Source: the human T2T-CHM13v2.0 reference genome, Homo sapiens
DNA: 64,000 bases
Assembly: GCF_009914755.1 (NCBI RefSeq)
Contig: NC_060931.1
Direction: 5' to 3' (one strand)
Shown here in pieces: positions 29,700-42,359 of the stretch; position 1 is the first letter of the stretch, and the number at the start of each line of letters is the position of its first letter. The notes beneath the pieces are model-generated. The model was not told the origin of the DNA. It ran no database searches and was given only the letters and a program-made list of their open reading frames with translations. The translations under genes were made by a program, and so were the position numbers.

Positions 29700-32600
29700 G
29701 ATTTATGATTTTAGTTACTTTCCTCCTGGTTGTTGTTTGAAGAGCAGGCGCAAATCCTCTAGAGGTTCACAGGAATAGCTAGCGTTGTCTCCTGGATTTT
29801 CAGGTTCCTTTGGCAGTATCCAGGATTTGACTCAAGTGTGATGTATCCAAGACTCCACTCCAGCCACTTTAACCGCAGTTGGGGTAGATAAAATGACTGG
29901 GTAGGGTCCTTCCCAGGATGTATCTAGGGATGGGGAATTAGAGGGAAGGGACTTGACTAATACCATGTCACAAGGGTGGAATAGTTCTTTTCCCTCTTCT
30001 CAGGGATAGGTTCCTTGTAATGTTTTAAGAACTTGTTGATATTTGGCTAAGGAGGTGATGTCTGCAACTAAGTTGGCTGTCTTGGGTCAAGCACAAGGTC
30101 ATTGGTTATGAAGGGCCTTCCATACAGCATTTCGTATGGGCTAAGTCCTGCTTTTTGGGGAAAGTTGCAGATTCTTTTTAAGGCTATAGGCAACAGAGCA
30201 GGCCATGTGAGGTGGGTTTCCTGGGTTTGCTTTTTTAGATGTCCTTTGAGTGTTTCATTCATTTTCTCGACCTTCCCTGAGGACTGTGGCCTTCAGGCGC
30301 AGTGTAAGTGATATCGTATACCTAACGCCTGGGATACTCCCTGGGTTACTGTGGCCTGGAAAGCAGGGCTATTGTCACTCTGTAAGCCTCGGGGAAGTCC
30401 GAATCTGGGAATTATTTCATGAACTAGTGCCTTTATTACCTCTTGGGCCTTTTCTGTCCTACAGGGGAAGGCCTCTGCCCAACCCGTGAAAGTATCTACC
30501 CAGACTAGTAGATACTGAAATCCCTGAGGTTTGGGCTTGTGGGTAAAATCAGTTGCCAGTCTTCTCCAGGGTAATGGCCTGTTCTTTGTTCTCCTGAAGG
30601 AGCTTGGCGATAAGGCAGGGGATTATTTCTCTGGCACACTTCACAGGCCCTGACTATCTGCTTGATAGTTTTGAAAAGGCCTGGTCCAGTAAATAATGAT
30701 TTGGCCATCTGATGGGTGCTATCGATGCCTAAGTGAAAGGTTTGATGAAGGGTTTTAAGTAATTTCCATTGGATAGTTGCAGGCAAAAGTATTTTCCCTT
30801 CTTCAGTGGCTAGCCGTCCCGAGGGGAGAAAACTGTCCTCGTGAGGTTCCCCATTCTGTTTCTCCTGCTGAGTACTGGGGCTTGGTTTCCCGGAGGGGAT
30901 TACCCTATACTAGGGGTTGTTTTATAAGCATTTCTAATGGAGGGTCCTGCCTTGCAGCTCTTTTGGCTTCAATATCTGCTTGGCAGTTCTCTTCTATTTC
31001 CCTTTCCTTTCCTTTCTGATGACCCCGGCAGTGTAAGACTGCCACCTCTTTAGGTTTCTGTACAGCCAATAATAATTTCCTAATGGCTTCCTGATGTTTG
31101 ATAGGTGTTCTCTCAGAAGTTAGGAATTCCCTTTCTTTCCATATTGCTGCATGGGCATGGAGGACTAGGTAAGCATATTTAGAGTCTGTATATATATTTG
31201 CCCTTTTTTCTTCTCCTAATTCTAGTGCCCAAGTGAGGGCTATTAGTTCTGCTAGCTGAGCACTAGTTCCTGGAGTGAGGGGATTACTTTCAAGTATTCC
31301 ATTATCACTGACCACTGCATACCCCACTTTTCGAAGTCCTTTTTCTACAAAGGAACTTCCATCAGTATACAAGTTGAGGTCGGGATCAGTCAAAGGAACC
31401 TCTAAAAGGTCCCCTCGAGTGGCATAGGTTTGAGAAATTACTTGTTGACAGTTATGTTTTATCTTTTCTTCATTGTCTGGAAGAAATGTGGCTGGGTTAA
31501 GAGTTGCACAAGTGCACAGTCGCAGCACTGGCCCTTCAAGTAATAGAGCCTGACATTTAAGTAAACAGTTGTCTGACAGCCACAAGTCTCCTTTAGCAGT
31601 GAGTATGCCATTCACATCATGAGATGTCCACACAGTAAGATCTCTTCCCTGTATTATTTTAACTGCTTCAGATACTAAGACTGCTACTGCCACCACTACC
31701 CGTAAACAATGAGGTCAACCCTTTGCCACTACATCAATTTCCTTAGTCAGGTATGCCACAGGTTGCAAGCTCATCCCTCGGATCTGTGTAAGGACTCCTA
31801 GAGCTATTCCTGTTTTTTCTGTGACATATGAAGAAAAGTCTTGCCCTGTTGGCAAACTTAACACTGGGGCTTGGGTTAGGGCCTGGAAAGCCACTTCTAC
31901 TTCAGTTGTCCATCTTACTAAATGGGTATTGGCTTTCTGAGTTTCCTTAATTAGTGTATTTAATGACCTGGCTATTTCGCCATACCTGGGAATCCATTTT
32001 CGGCAGAAACCTATTACGCCAAGGAATCCCCTTAGTTGCTTTAGGGTTTTGGGATGAGGATAAGCCAGTATAGGCTGGATGTGTTCCTCACTGAGGGCCC
32101 TGGTGCCTTTGGATAATTTTAGCCCTAAGTAACCTGCTGTGAGCAGAGTTGAGCCTTTGGTTTGGAAACCATGTAGCCACAGGTAGCGAGGAAATTGAAG
32201 AGCGCTTGGGTGGCTTGATGGCACAAGGTTTCTGAATGGGCGGCCAAAAGTAAATCATCCACCTACCGAAGGACAAGTGTCCAGGTATGAGGATTGGCTC
32301 AAGTCTTGGGCTAATGCCTGGCCAAATAGATGGGGACTATCCCTGAACCCTTGGGGTAAAATAGTCCAGGTGAGTTGAGATGTTGGGTTTGAAGTATCTT
32401 CAAAGGCAAACAAGAATTGAGAGTCAGGATGTACAGGGATGCAGAAGAAGGCATCCTGAAGGTCCAGGACTGTAAACCACTCTGCTTCCTCTGGTATTTG
32501 GGAAAGCAGAGTATAAGGGCTAGGTACAGCTGGCTATAGAGGAACAACAGCCTCATTGATAATCCTGAGATCTTGCACTAACCTCCACTGTCTGTTGGGT

Positions 32601-33196
32601 TTCTGTACTCCTAAAATTGGAGTACTGCAGGGGTTACTGCATGGTTTTACTAGGCCTTGGGCTTTTAGGTCCTTAACAATCTTTTGGAGTCCTTGTTGGG
32701 CCTTGGGTCTGAGGGGGTACTGCCTTTGGTAGGGAAAGGAGGTGGAATCCTTTAGTTTAACTTGAACAGGACGGGCATTCTTTGCTCGTCCATATTGTCC
32801 TTCTGTTGCCCAGACTTCAGGATTAATTCCTTCCTCAAGCAGGGGACAACAAACGGGTGTTCCTTCTCCTATGTTCAGGTGTATAATGGCCCCTGCTTTT
32901 GCTAGAATGTCTCTCCCTAACAAGGTAGTGGGGCTTTCAAGCATAATTAGAAAAGCATGTGAAAAGAATAAAGCTCCCCAGTCATAACTTAGTGGCTGGG
33001 AGAAGTATCTAGTGACTGCCCGTCTTAGGACCCCCTCAGATAGTGACAGATCTGGAGGACAGTTGTCCGGGACAGAAGAGTAAGACTAAGAAGACCGCAC
33101 CAGTGTCCAGGAGACAACCTCCTGGCCCTCAATGGTCAAGCATACCCAGGGCTCTGTGAGGGTGATGGCATGGGATGGCGCTTGCCCCAGGCACCC
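29700..33196 (-). pseudogene. HERV-W pro-pol, disrupted
   Basis: Fragments LDTGA (protease), WRLVQDLR (RT), LYTDGSS/YTDSKY (RNase H), HHCC integrase; many frameshifts; RT YxDD reads TAG-V-D-D (stop at 32263-32265). Confidence 0.93.
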
Positions 33197-34621
33197 TCAG
33201 TCCTGCTGCTGGATCATCTGGTTAGTGGCTTCTGACTCAGAGGACCTTTGTCCCCTGGGGCAGTGGGCCTTCCAGTGATTCCCTTGAAATAAGGGGCATG
33301 GACGAGGGGGCGGCTTACTTCTACTTGGACAATCTTTTTTAAAGTGTCCTTGTAGACCGCACTGGAAGCAAGCCCTATTAGGCATTCAATTTGCCCAGCT
33401 TTTCCCTTTTCCAGAGCCTCCAAAGTCCACTTGCCTGAGGGTCATGACTAAAGCGGTGGCCTTTTTTTTAATCCCGTTTGTCCTGTTCCGCCTGCTCCTC
33501 CTGATCTCTATTATAAAAAACCGAGGTTGCCAAGTTCAATAGGGTTTCTAAGTTTTGCTCCGGGCCTACGGCAGACTTTTGAAGTTTTTTTCTAATGTCT
33601 GCAGCTGACTGAGTGATAAACTTACGCTTTAAGATTAGTTGGCCTTCAGAAGAGTCAGGTGACAGAGAGGCACGCTTCCTCAATGCCTCCCTTAGTCTCT
33701 CCAGAAAGGCAGTAGGATTTTCTTCCCTTCCCTGTGTTATGGTGGACATCATTGAGTAATTCATAGACTTCTTCCTAGTTTTCCTTAGTCCTTCTAGCAC
33801 ACAAGTTAGCAAATGTCTGCAGCACCAATCTCCATGTTCTGATTCTGTGTCCCAATGAGGGTCTAGACTGGGAACTGCCTGCTGGCCTGTGGGGAATCAT
33901 TCTCTTTCCTCTGTTGTCATCCTATCATTGACCTGACTGAGATACCAGAGATCGCCAAACTCTCAGGCTGCAGTTATGGTGGCACTTCTCTCATTTGGGG
34001 TTAGTGTCTGATTTAGCAGTGACATTATATCTCTCCATGTCAGATCAAAGAATTGTCCTAACCCTTGTAAAACATCAATATAGCCATCAGGGTTATCTGA
34101 GAATTTACCTAAGTCTGTTTTTATTTGCTTTAAGTCTGGGAGAGAAAAAGGCACATGCACTCTGGCTGGGCCGAATTCTCTTCCTCCCACTGCTTGGAGG
34201 GGTCATAATTGGGGAATATTGGCACTCTTTGGTTCACTGTTTACCCTTTTGTCTATCTCCTTTTGGACCATTTGGGTTGAAGGGGGGTCCTTATTAGTTG
34301 GGGAAGGAGTCGGGGATGCTGGGATAGGGAGGTAGACTCTGAAGGCTTCCTGTAGGGCATAAATCACACTTTTTACATAATTGTGAGTTGTCTCTTAATG
34401 AAAAGAAAGTTTGTACTTATGGCACTTCACTCCATTTGCCTTTTCTACAAAAGAGGTCTAGCTGTAAGATGGTGTTATAATTTATACTTCCCTCAGGAGT
34501 GCCAGGCGGCACTGCAGAAGAATATAAGTCGTTTCTTTCTTAGTGTCTGAGGGTCAAATTGGTCCCAATTCTCCAGAATACGTCTTAGGGGCGTTTTTGT
34601 CTTGCGGGGAACGTTTCCCAT
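33197..34621 (-). pseudogene. HERV-W gag, disrupted
   Basis: ATGGGAAAC at 34621; MHR-like QGREENPTAFLERL; zinc knuckle CFQCGLQGHFKKDC; internal stops and frameshifts; ends QQQD-TGA. Confidence 0.9.
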
Positions 34622-34711
34622 CTGAAAAAAGAACATAGGGATGCCAGCAACCCTAGTCATTTTCCGATGAGCTTTAGTCCTGGAGTGTCCTCTATGGTCC
34701 TAATGCTTATT

Positions 34712-35078
34712 CTTTCCAGGGTGCATCACCACCCATGGACCTCTGCTTATCGAATTAGTTATGCTCACTGATGTTGCAGTCCTGCACCTGTTTTCCTGCC
34801 TCTCTTGACCACAAAGAAAGGGGTCCAGGCTGCTGGATTCTAGTGGTCCTTTACCAGCGTGCCCAACATTGCCTTTGTGCTCAGGGGTGAGTTCCTTTCC
34901 AGGGTGCGTAACCACCCATGGACCTCTGTTTATCGGATTAGTTATGCTTACCGATGTAGCAGTCCTGCACCCCTTTTCCCGCCTTTCTTGACCACAAAGA
35001 AAGGGGTCTGGGCTGCTGGATTCTAGTGGTCCTTTACCAGCATGCCCAACATTGCCTTTGCGCTCAGGGGTGAGTCCT
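34712..35078. repeat. ~183-bp direct tandem duplication in the HERV-W leader
   Basis: ctttccagggtgc...ctcaggggtgagt present twice, starting at 34712 and 34895. Confidence 0.9.
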
Positions 35079-35884
35079 AGAGCTGGGCTGGGTTCCTATT
35101 TTATAACAACCCAGCTGCCCCATCAAGATGCATTCCCATAAACAAGTTCTTATGCAAATGCATTACAGAGAGGGTGTAGCTAACCTTTTGAATCAGGATT
35201 GAGATAGTCTTTTGATTCTGTAAGTACTTTAAGGCTTGGCTGAGTGCAAACAGCTCACACGTTTGAGGAGACCAGTTATTAGGCAATTTTTCTAACTCTG
35301 CTTCCACAAGAGTCCCCGTATCAATTACTGAATACCCATTGTGGTTTTTTTCCTCAATCACCTGGGAGGAACCATCTATCGTCCTGTCCTGAAGGGAGTT
35401 CCGCCTAGGTCTGGTCGGACCTTTGTATGGTAATTAAGATTTAAATCCCGTTAGGAAATCTGCTGGGTTAAGGGAATTATCAGTGGTTGGAGTTACATTA
35501 CCTTTTTCTAACAGAATAGCCCCATACTTTAAGATTTTTGAGTTAGTAAGCTACCTTTTTGCTTTTTTTATTAGAATAATTCTGAACAGGTGAGGTGTGC
35601 TCACAATGAGGTTTCCTCTAAAAGTTACTTTTCTACTTTTAGCAAAGCAGTTGCGCTACCGACTGAATGCATTTGGTCCATCTGCGGGTTACTGGGTTAA
35701 GGATTTTTGATAGGGAAGCTACGGGTTGTCAATGGCCTCAGTGCTTTCGGCCTATGCTCTTATTTACACTGACCACAAAGTGGATTGGAGTGCTATAGGG
35801 TCACAGAGAAGACCTTCAATTATCAAGTACAGGTTTTAAATTTACCCTGGCTTTTAAAGGAATAGGGCACACTGTTTTTTACTA

Positions 35885-36032
35885 TTTCTTTCTCTTTCTT
35901 TCTCTCTTTGACTCTCTCTCTCTCCTCTTTGTCTCTCTCTCTCTTCTGTCTCTCTCACTGTCTCTCTCTCCTCTCTGTCTCTCTCTCTTTCTCCTCCATT
36001 TCTCTCTCTCTCCTCTGTCTCTCTTTTCCCTC
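35885..36032. repeat. CT-rich low-complexity tract (AG-rich on the proviral strand)
   Basis: Degenerate (CT)n run. Confidence 0.9.
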
Positions 36033-36706
36033 AGCCATTTACAAACTTGGGGCCCTGGCAAGGGTGGTGGGGAGTGGGTCCTACATAACTGCCCATGTCA
36101 AGAGCTGTATGCCTAAATTGGGAGGGACACCAGGGATAAGACTCCCTGGGTTATAGCCTAGGTGCCTAAGGACGCAGCGCAGAGCTTCCTTAGATCCCTT
36201 TGGAGATACAACTTGCTAGAGGAAATGGAAGTCTGAACCAATAGTACCTAGGAGGCAGGGATCAGAGGAAGTATATTCAGAGGTAAGGAGAATTTTGGGG
36301 CTACACTTTGAAGAAAGTTGTGGTTGGGACCCAGGAGGTATGGGTCAGAAGGAAAGATAGGGGTGCATGCATGGGCGACTGTTGAGACTTCTGGCTACAC
36401 CATGATCTCAACCGGCTACTGCCGGGAGTTCAGGACGACAGCTTTCTGCCTCTAGTCGGCCCTCGGCTTCCCCAAGAAAACTGAAAGTGGAAGCTGGCTT
36501 GAGGCAAACCAAGTCCCCAACCCAGAAGGGTTGGGGGTTGTTAGAAAGCCCTTCCCCAGATAGCCTCACACCTGAGTCTTAAGTCCGGTGGCCACACTAA
36601 TCGTTTTTAACTGGCCGACAAGTGCCCGGTATTTTCCTCCAATTCTAAGGAAGGATAGGACAGAATAGCAAGTGAAAGTGGTCCAATATTACTCACCACT
36701 TTGGAT

Positions 36707-36724
36707 GTCCGTTCGTGGTTGCCA
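36707..36724 (-). other. ERVW-1 primer-binding site
   Basis: TGGCAACCACGAACGGAC, 3 nt inside the 5' LTR boundary; major splice donor GTG|GTGAGT follows at 36697/36696. Confidence 0.85.
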
Positions 36725-36727
36725 AAA

Positions 36728-37507
<780 letters not shown>

Positions 37508-37735
37508 GTTGCAAGATAATTGCTGTATCTCCAGGCGTTTTGCCCTCATCCCAGAAAGGAAGCCCGCCCCAGGGACTTCTGTCTATGTTCACTGTCCAGA
37601 ACTATGTCACATAGCCACAAATGACTGCAGTGAAGATCATGTGACTCAGTAATTCACTCTCCAGAGAGTATAGGAAGGCAAGAGAGGTGGTGTTGGAATG
37701 GATGTTGAATGAATTCATCTATAGGATATACCACA
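37508..37735. promoter_or_regulatory. MaLR (MLT1-type) LTR half upstream of ERVW-1; trophoblast enhancer region
   Basis: Continues the 27140-27285 sequence across the TSD (ctcatggttg|caagat); GCM motif GCCCTCAT at 37542-37549; AP-1 TGACTCA at 37642-37648; enhancer role is from literature recall. Confidence 0.75.
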
Positions 37736-39639
37736 ACGTCGGGAATAAGTGGCAGATGTTACAATCGAAATGGGCTGATTATAAGTGGGGATAAGTGGCT
37801 CGTGGGGTGGCAGAGGTCAGGCAGTTGCAATATGAGAGGCTAGGTGGATGCAGCTACCATAATCAGCAGTAAAGCCAGCATGTTAATTGCAGTGGTCTGA
37901 CCTGCAGGGATCTTTGGTGCTGCCTAATTATGGTAATACATAAGTTATTAAGAAATAGTTTTTTGGCAGCTAGAAAGAGTAAAGGTTTTTGGAAATTTTC
38001 TTGTAATAAGAAGCAACCCTCACCCATTCCAAACCATTCCTTTTCTAACAGAAAAGACAGCTTAAAGAGCCAGGCCAGCAAACTTTGATATGCAAATGCA
38101 GGCTATTAAAAACTAGGTCCACCCAACATGGCCACCATGGCGATTCCCACCCTCTTCTTGTCAGCACATGTACCAAGTGTCATGGCCCCCTCCAGATAAT
38201 TCATGTGTTTTCAGAACATCATGGCAACCCACATTTGCATATTAAAGGGCTGAGGTGGGAGGGCCAGGTTTTTTGCGGGGTACATGAATGATACACCTGG
38301 TCAACCCAATCCCCTGGGCCCTGTGCAAATCAGACACCGCCTCCTCCAGCCTCCCAGTATAATCAACCACTTTTCCACTGCACATGGGGTTTCCTTCTCT
38401 CGGCTTGGAGCCCCCTCCCTCTGTGTCTGTACAGGGGAGCCTCTTCCTTCTTTTTTGCGTATTAAACTCTCTGCTCCTTAAAACCACTCCATGTGTGTCC
38501 GTGTTGTTGTCACCCCCGTCCCTGTGAAGAGAGTCCACCAAACAGGCTTTGTGTGAGCAACAAGGCTGTTTATTTCACCTGGGTGCAGGCGGGCTGAGTC
38601 CAAAAAAGGAGTCAGCTAAGGGAGATGGGGTGGGGCCATTTTATAGGATTTGGGTGGGTAGTGGAGGGGCAGGGGTCACAAGGTGCTCAGTGGGGGAGGT
38701 TTTGAGCCAGGAGAAGGAATTTCCCAAGGTTAATTGCTCAGTTAAGGTGGGGCAGGAACAAATCACAGTGGTGGAATGTCATCGGTTAAGGCAGGAACAG
38801 GCCATTTTCACTTCTTTTGTGATTCTTCAGTTACTTCAGGCCATCTTGATGTATATGTGCAGGTCACAGGGGATATGATGGCTTGGGCTCAGAGGCCTGA
38901 CATTGCTGTCTTCTTATATTAATAAGAAAAATAATGTAAAATAGTGTTGAAGTGTTGGGGCAGCAAAAATTTTGGGGGTGGTATGGAGAGATAATGGGCT
39001 ATGTTTCTCAGGGCTGCTTCGAGAGGGATTATGGGCGGCATGGGAACCTAGAGTGGGAGAGATTAAGCTGAAGGAAGATTTTGTGGTAAGGGGCGATATT
39101 GTGGGGTTGTTAGAAGGAGCATTTATTGTATAGAACGATTGGTGATGGCCTGGATGCGGTTTTGTATGAATTGAAAAACTAAACGGAAGACACAAGGTCC
39201 GAATAAGAGAAGGAGAAAAACAGATATTAAAGGACTAAGATTTGGGAGGACCTAAGACATCCAATTAGAGAGTGCCCAAGGGGGTTCAGCATAATTACTA
39301 GCTTGGTTGCGAGTTTTTGGGCTCTATCCTCCTTTTTAAGTTGGAGGCTGAGTTTGGTGGGGTGTGTTTTTAAAAGACCATTAGTCCATTCTACCTTTCC
39401 TGAAGATTGAGGACAGTAAGGGGTACGAAGGTTCCACTGAATACCAAGAGCCTGAAAAACTGCTCAGGTGATTTGACTAATAAAGGCTGCTCCGTTATTG
39501 GACTGTATAGAGGTGGGAAGGCCAACCCAAGGAATTATGTCTGACAGAAGGGAAGAAATGACTGCAGTGGCCTTCTCAGACCCTGTGGGAAAGGCCTCTA
39601 CCCATCCAGTGACAGTGTCTACCCAGACCAAGAGGTATT

Positions 39640-42293
39640 TTAGTTTCCTGACTCAGGGCATGTGAGTAAAGTCAATTTGCCAGTCCTGGGCAGGGGCAAA
39701 TCCCCGAGCTTGATGTGTAGGGAGGGGAGGGGGCCTGAACAATCCCTGAGGGGTAGTAGAATAGCAGATGGAACACTGAGAAGTGATTTCCTTGAGGATA
39801 TGTTTCCACGATGGAAGGAAATGAGAGGTTCTAAGAGGTGGACTAGTGGCTTGTAACCTACATGGAAGAGGTTATGAAATGATGACAGAATAGAATGGGC
39901 CTGTGAGGCTGGAAGGAGATATTTTCCTTGGTCTAAGAACCATTTGCCTTGTGTGAGAAGAGATTGATAGGCGGAAGTTTCAATGGGGGAGTAGGTGGGA
40001 ATGACTGATGGGAAGGAGAAAAACTGGCCATGAGGGACAGAAGTTGGAACGCTAGGTGCTTCTTTAGCTACCTTATCAGCATAAGCATTTCCTAGAGTAA
40101 TGGGATCTGACGCCTTTTGGTGGCCCTTGCAGTGTGTGACTCCAGCTTCCTTTGGAAGTAAAGCAGCCTTGAGAAGAGTTTTTATTAAAGAGGCATTAAT
40201 GATGGAGGACCCTTGCATAGTGAGGAAACCTCTTTCAGCCCATATAACAGCATGGTGGTGCAAGATATGGAAGGCATATTTAGAGTCAGTATAAATATTG
40301 ACGTGTAGTCCCTTTGCAAGAGTGAAGGCCCGAGTTAAGGCAATCAGTTCGGCTTGCTGAGAGGTAGTGGAGGGGGGCAGAGCAGTAGCCTCAATGATGG
40401 ATGTGGAAGATTCTATAGCATAGCCTGCCTTTGCTGGTGAGTGGCGATCAGGCCTGGTGGAACTGCCATCAGTAAACCAAATGTGATCAACATGAGGAAC
40501 AGAAAAGAAGGAAATATGGGGAAATGGGGTGAATGTCAGGTAGATCAGAGACATACAATCATCAGGGTCAGGTGTGGTATCCAGAATAATGTGGGAGGCC
40601 AGATTGAAGTCTGGGCCAGGAAGAATGGTAATTGTGGGAGACTCAACAAAGAGTGAATACAGCTGAAGGAGCCGGGGAGCAGAAAGTATATGCGTCAGGT
40701 GTGAGAAAGAAAATAGATTTTGGAAGTTGTGAGAGCTGTAGAGAGTGAGTTGAGCATAGTTTGTGATTTTGAGGGCCTCTAAAAGTATTAGGGCAGCGGA
40801 AGCTACCGCATGGAGACATGATGGCGAGCCTAAAACAGTAAGGTCAAGTTGTTTGGACAAAAAGGCTACAGGGCATGGTCCCGGTCCTTGTGTAAGAATT
40901 CCGACTGCACAGCCCTGCACTTCGGCTGTGTGTAATGAAAAGGGTTGGGATGAGACAGGGAGAGCTAGTGTGGGAGCAGTCTCTAAAGCTGTCTTCAAGG
41001 AATGGAAAGAGGAGTGGGGAAAGGATTTAGAATCTATGGGGTCAGCTAGGTTTCCTTTTGTGAGTTTATATAATGATTTTGTTAGGATGGCAAAACCAGG
41101 TATCCAAAGGCAAAAGTATCCAACCATGCCTAGGAGGGAAAGGAGTTGTTGTTTTGTAGAAGAGGTTGGGATTTGAGAGATCAGTTGGAGACGCAATTGG
41201 CAGGGAGAGCACATGTGTTTTCATGAAGAATTATGCCGAGGTATGTAACAGATGGAGAAGAAATTTGAGCTTTGGAGGGGGATACCCGATATCCTTTGGA
41301 GAACAAATGTTGAAGGAGCAGGAGGGTGTCTTGTTGAGAAGATTTAAAGGAGGGGCTACAAAGTAGAAGGTCATCAATATATTGAATAAGGTGAGAAGCA
41401 GAGAGGTGGAAAGAAAGTAAATCATGAGAAAGAGCTTGGCTGAAGTAATGAGGGCTGTCCCTGAAGCCTTGCGGCAGTACAGCCCAGGTAAGCTGCTGGG
41501 ACTGATGGGTGTCAGGGTCAGTCCAGGTAAAAGCAAAGAGAGGCTGGGATGAGGGGTGCAGGGGAATAGTGAAAAAAGCATCTTTAAGATCAAGAACGGA
41601 ATAGTGAGTTGTGGGGGAAGGCATTGAGGACAAAAGAGTGTACGAGTTGGGTGCTACAGGGTGGATAGGCAAAACAATTTGGTTGATAAGGTGCAGATTC
41701 TGAACTAACCTGTAAGACTTATCTGGTTTTTAGACAGGTAAAATGGGGGAATTGTATGGAGAGTTTATAGGTTTTAGAAGCCCGTGCTGTAGCAGGCAAG
41801 TGATAACAGGCTTCAATCCCTTTAAAGCCTGTTGTGGTATGGGATACTGGCATTGAGCAGGGTAAGGGTGATTAGGTTTTAATGGGATAGTAATGGGCGT
41901 GTGATCGGTTGCCAGGGAGGGAGTAGAGGTGTCCCATACTTGTGGGTTAAGGTGGGGGGATATGAGAGGAAGATATGAAGGAGGCTTTGGGTTGGGAAGA
42001 AGGGCGGCAAGGAGATGTGGCTGTAGCCCAGGAATAGTCGGGGAAGCAGATAATTTGGTTAAAATGTCTCGGCCTAATAAGGGAACTGGGCAGGTGAGGA
42101 TAACTGAAAAAGAGTGCATAAAAGAATGTTGTCCAAGTTGGCACCAGAGTGGGGGAGTTTTAAGGGGTTTTGAAGCTTGGCCGTCAATACCCACAACAGT
42201 TATGGGGGAAAGGGAAACAGGCCCTTGAAAAGAAGGTGATGTGGAGTGGGTAGCCCCTGTATCGATTAAACAGGGGATGGACTTAGCCTCCAC
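39640..42293 (-). pseudogene. HERV-H pro-pol relic
   Basis: LIDTGA protease, LPQG and YIDD in RT, WFTDGSS/YTDSKY RNase H; split into three ORFs by stops and frameshifts. Confidence 0.92.
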
Positions 42294-42359
42294 TGTGAGA
42301 GTTACCTGAAGCTCAGTATCCGTGATGGTCCAGGGGACTTCTGAAGTGATCGGGCAGTG

